Under the pieces are notes generated by a model that was given only the letters and a program-made list of their open reading frames with translations, was not told the origin of the DNA and ran no database searches. A program made the position numbers and the translations under genes. A stretch of 64,000 bases of DNA from Thainema sp. (lineage in GTDB: Bacteria; Cyanobacteriota; Cyanobacteriia; Phormidesmidales; Phormidesmidaceae): positions 33,333 through 97,332 of the forward strand of contig JBQLZK010000020.1 in NCBI GenBank assembly GCA_052168235.1, given 5' to 3'. Of the stretch, positions 62,742 through 64,000 are shown piece by piece; position 1 is the first letter of the stretch, and every line of letters begins with the position of its first letter.

Positions 62742-62967
62742 GCGATCGCAGTGATGAGATCGCAGTTATCAGCCATTCACAGGATGCTGATTTGTAGGGA
62801 ATGAAGGTGCGATCGCAATTATTAGCCATTCACAAAATGCTGATTGTAGGGAATGTAAGGTGCGATCGCGGTTTTAGGATGAGATCGCACTTATCAGCCA
62901 TTCAATCAAGCGAGACGCTGGTTTGGAGAGTAATGTGGTTGCGATCGCGGTTCTAGGATGCGATCTC
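62742..62967. repeat. Cluster of HIP1-bounded imperfect ~53-80-bp repeats
   Basis: GATCGCA(G/A/C)TTAT(C/T)AGCCATTCA x3; GTAGGGAATG(T)AAGGTGCGATCGC x2; outlier copy at ~62269. Confidence 0.75.
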
Positions 62968-63023
62968 AAACCTTAACCCAGCAACACCTTCACCATTGCA
63001 CTCGACAGCAACGGTTGTGGTTC

Positions 63024-63109
63024 TCCTAACTTCGAAGTGCAGCGGTGGCGAGTCCCTTTGAACTAAGCACCAGTATCTTTCGACCGTCCGCTGCCACGCA
63101 GTGTTAGGT
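63024..63109 (-). mobile_element. attC-like integron cassette recombination site
   Basis: Minus strand ACCTAAC(R'')-actgcgt-GGCAGCGG ... CCGCTGC-acttcgaa-GTTAGGA(R'); 86 bp. Confidence 0.65.
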
Positions 63110-63324
63110 TATACCTCCACTCAACAGTGAACAAATATCAGAATCTGTAAGCCATAACAGCATCATACTTTTGCAGACGTATATTTCAATCTGGGAAGTC
63201 TTATGGACAGTCTTTTCAAGCCTGCAGGGGTTTCAGCCATTTCCAGTGGTTCCTTTTTTCCCGGCTTAAGTTATACCCTCTTTTGCTGCTTGATAGAACC
63301 AATCAGAGAAGAGCATAAATAACA

Positions 63325-63957
63325 TTAAAATCTTGGCTGTATGAGTTTTCGCTGTTGGGCAATTACGTCTTTGTATTCAGAACGGAGGAAGTAATCAACA
63401 GCGATGATTTGACCACCTTTAATACTATTAATACTCTCAGGAGTGAAGTTAATCCACTTGTTGTTGAAAGTTACATCTTCATAAGATGGATTAATTATTG
63501 AATTGTGAGATGCGATAATATTGCCTGACTCATAATCTTTCAATTCGGCGCAACAAACTATAGATCTACCTCTCAATCCCCTGACACGAACTGATCGCTC
63601 AATATTCAAGAATTGCTGACTTGAGTGAACTCCTCTTGAGTTCTTTGAACCAAATATCTTATCGACGAAATTCAGTGGATTTTTGTTGGATTTCTCCCAC
63701 GTCCAGTCAGATTCTGGAGTCCAAATATGTGCTTGACCTATTTCATACGTTTTTGAGTTAAACGTAAAATCACACGCATTTGTAAACTGTGTCACTTTGC
63801 AATGACAGTTTGAACACGATATATTATTTTCCTGAATATTACCTATTGTTTGATCGTCTTTTTGTCCGCACTCACTGCATCCTGTAATGACGTCAAGAAT
63901 CTGTCCAACACCCCAACCAACTGCTGATTCAAGAATCATTGAAAATACAGCGATCAC
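63325..63957 (-). CDS. AT-rich hypothetical protein with two CxxC motifs (possible Zn ribbon)
   Basis: CSEC and CSNC motifs; markedly lower GC than the core genes. Confidence 0.65.
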   Translation of the reverse strand: MIAVFSMILESAVGWGVGQILDVITGCSECGQKDDQTIGNIQENNISCSNCHCKVTQFTNACDFTFNSKTYEIGQAHIWTPESDWTWEKSNKNPLNFVDKIFGSKNSRGVHSSQQFLNIERSVRVRGLRGRSIVCCAELKDYESGNIIASHNSIINPSYEDVTFNNKWINFTPESINSIKGGQIIAVDYFLRSEYKDVIAQQRKLIQPRF

Positions 63958-64000
63958 AAATAGGTAATGAACGGGGGAGAATAGAATAAAGGGTACCCCT

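Noticed and set aside
62742..62967. Possible CRISPR array
   Set aside because: The repeats are degenerate with irregular period, the inter-repeat segments resemble each other, and no cas genes are present

Overview
Cyanobacterial chromosomal window, based on very dense HIP1 GCGATCGC sites (mostly TGCGATCGCA) and a complete phycocyanin operon. Housekeeping genes include cbiT, nth, gatA, two def, gor, aat, ftsX, tgt, cobS and leuA. The phycobilisome operon reads cpcBACDEF-G1-G2-L(G3)-G4. A minus-strand signalling/ATPase block holds a Get3/ArsA-like ATPase, a diguanylate cyclase, a MinD-like ATPase, a glutaminase and an output-less Cache-HAMP-PAS-PAS sensor, and faces a Cdc48-like double AAA ATPase. 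The right end is accessory DNA: an XRE switch with two operators, HIP1-bounded repeats, an attC-like site and an AT-rich orphan gene. Main unannotated signals: (1) a 27-aa leader peptide with 12 Leu upstream of leuA, a candidate attenuator; (2) the MinD-like/glutaminase/output-less sensor operon; (3) many ~45-135 bp intergenic palindromic mini-elements, several with terminal inverted repeats and a shared GC-NNA-GC apex, plus a REP-carrying MITE with a 10-bp target duplication; (4) a solitary attC-like site. No rRNA, tRNA or CRISPR array was recognised. All calls are by eye, without database searches.
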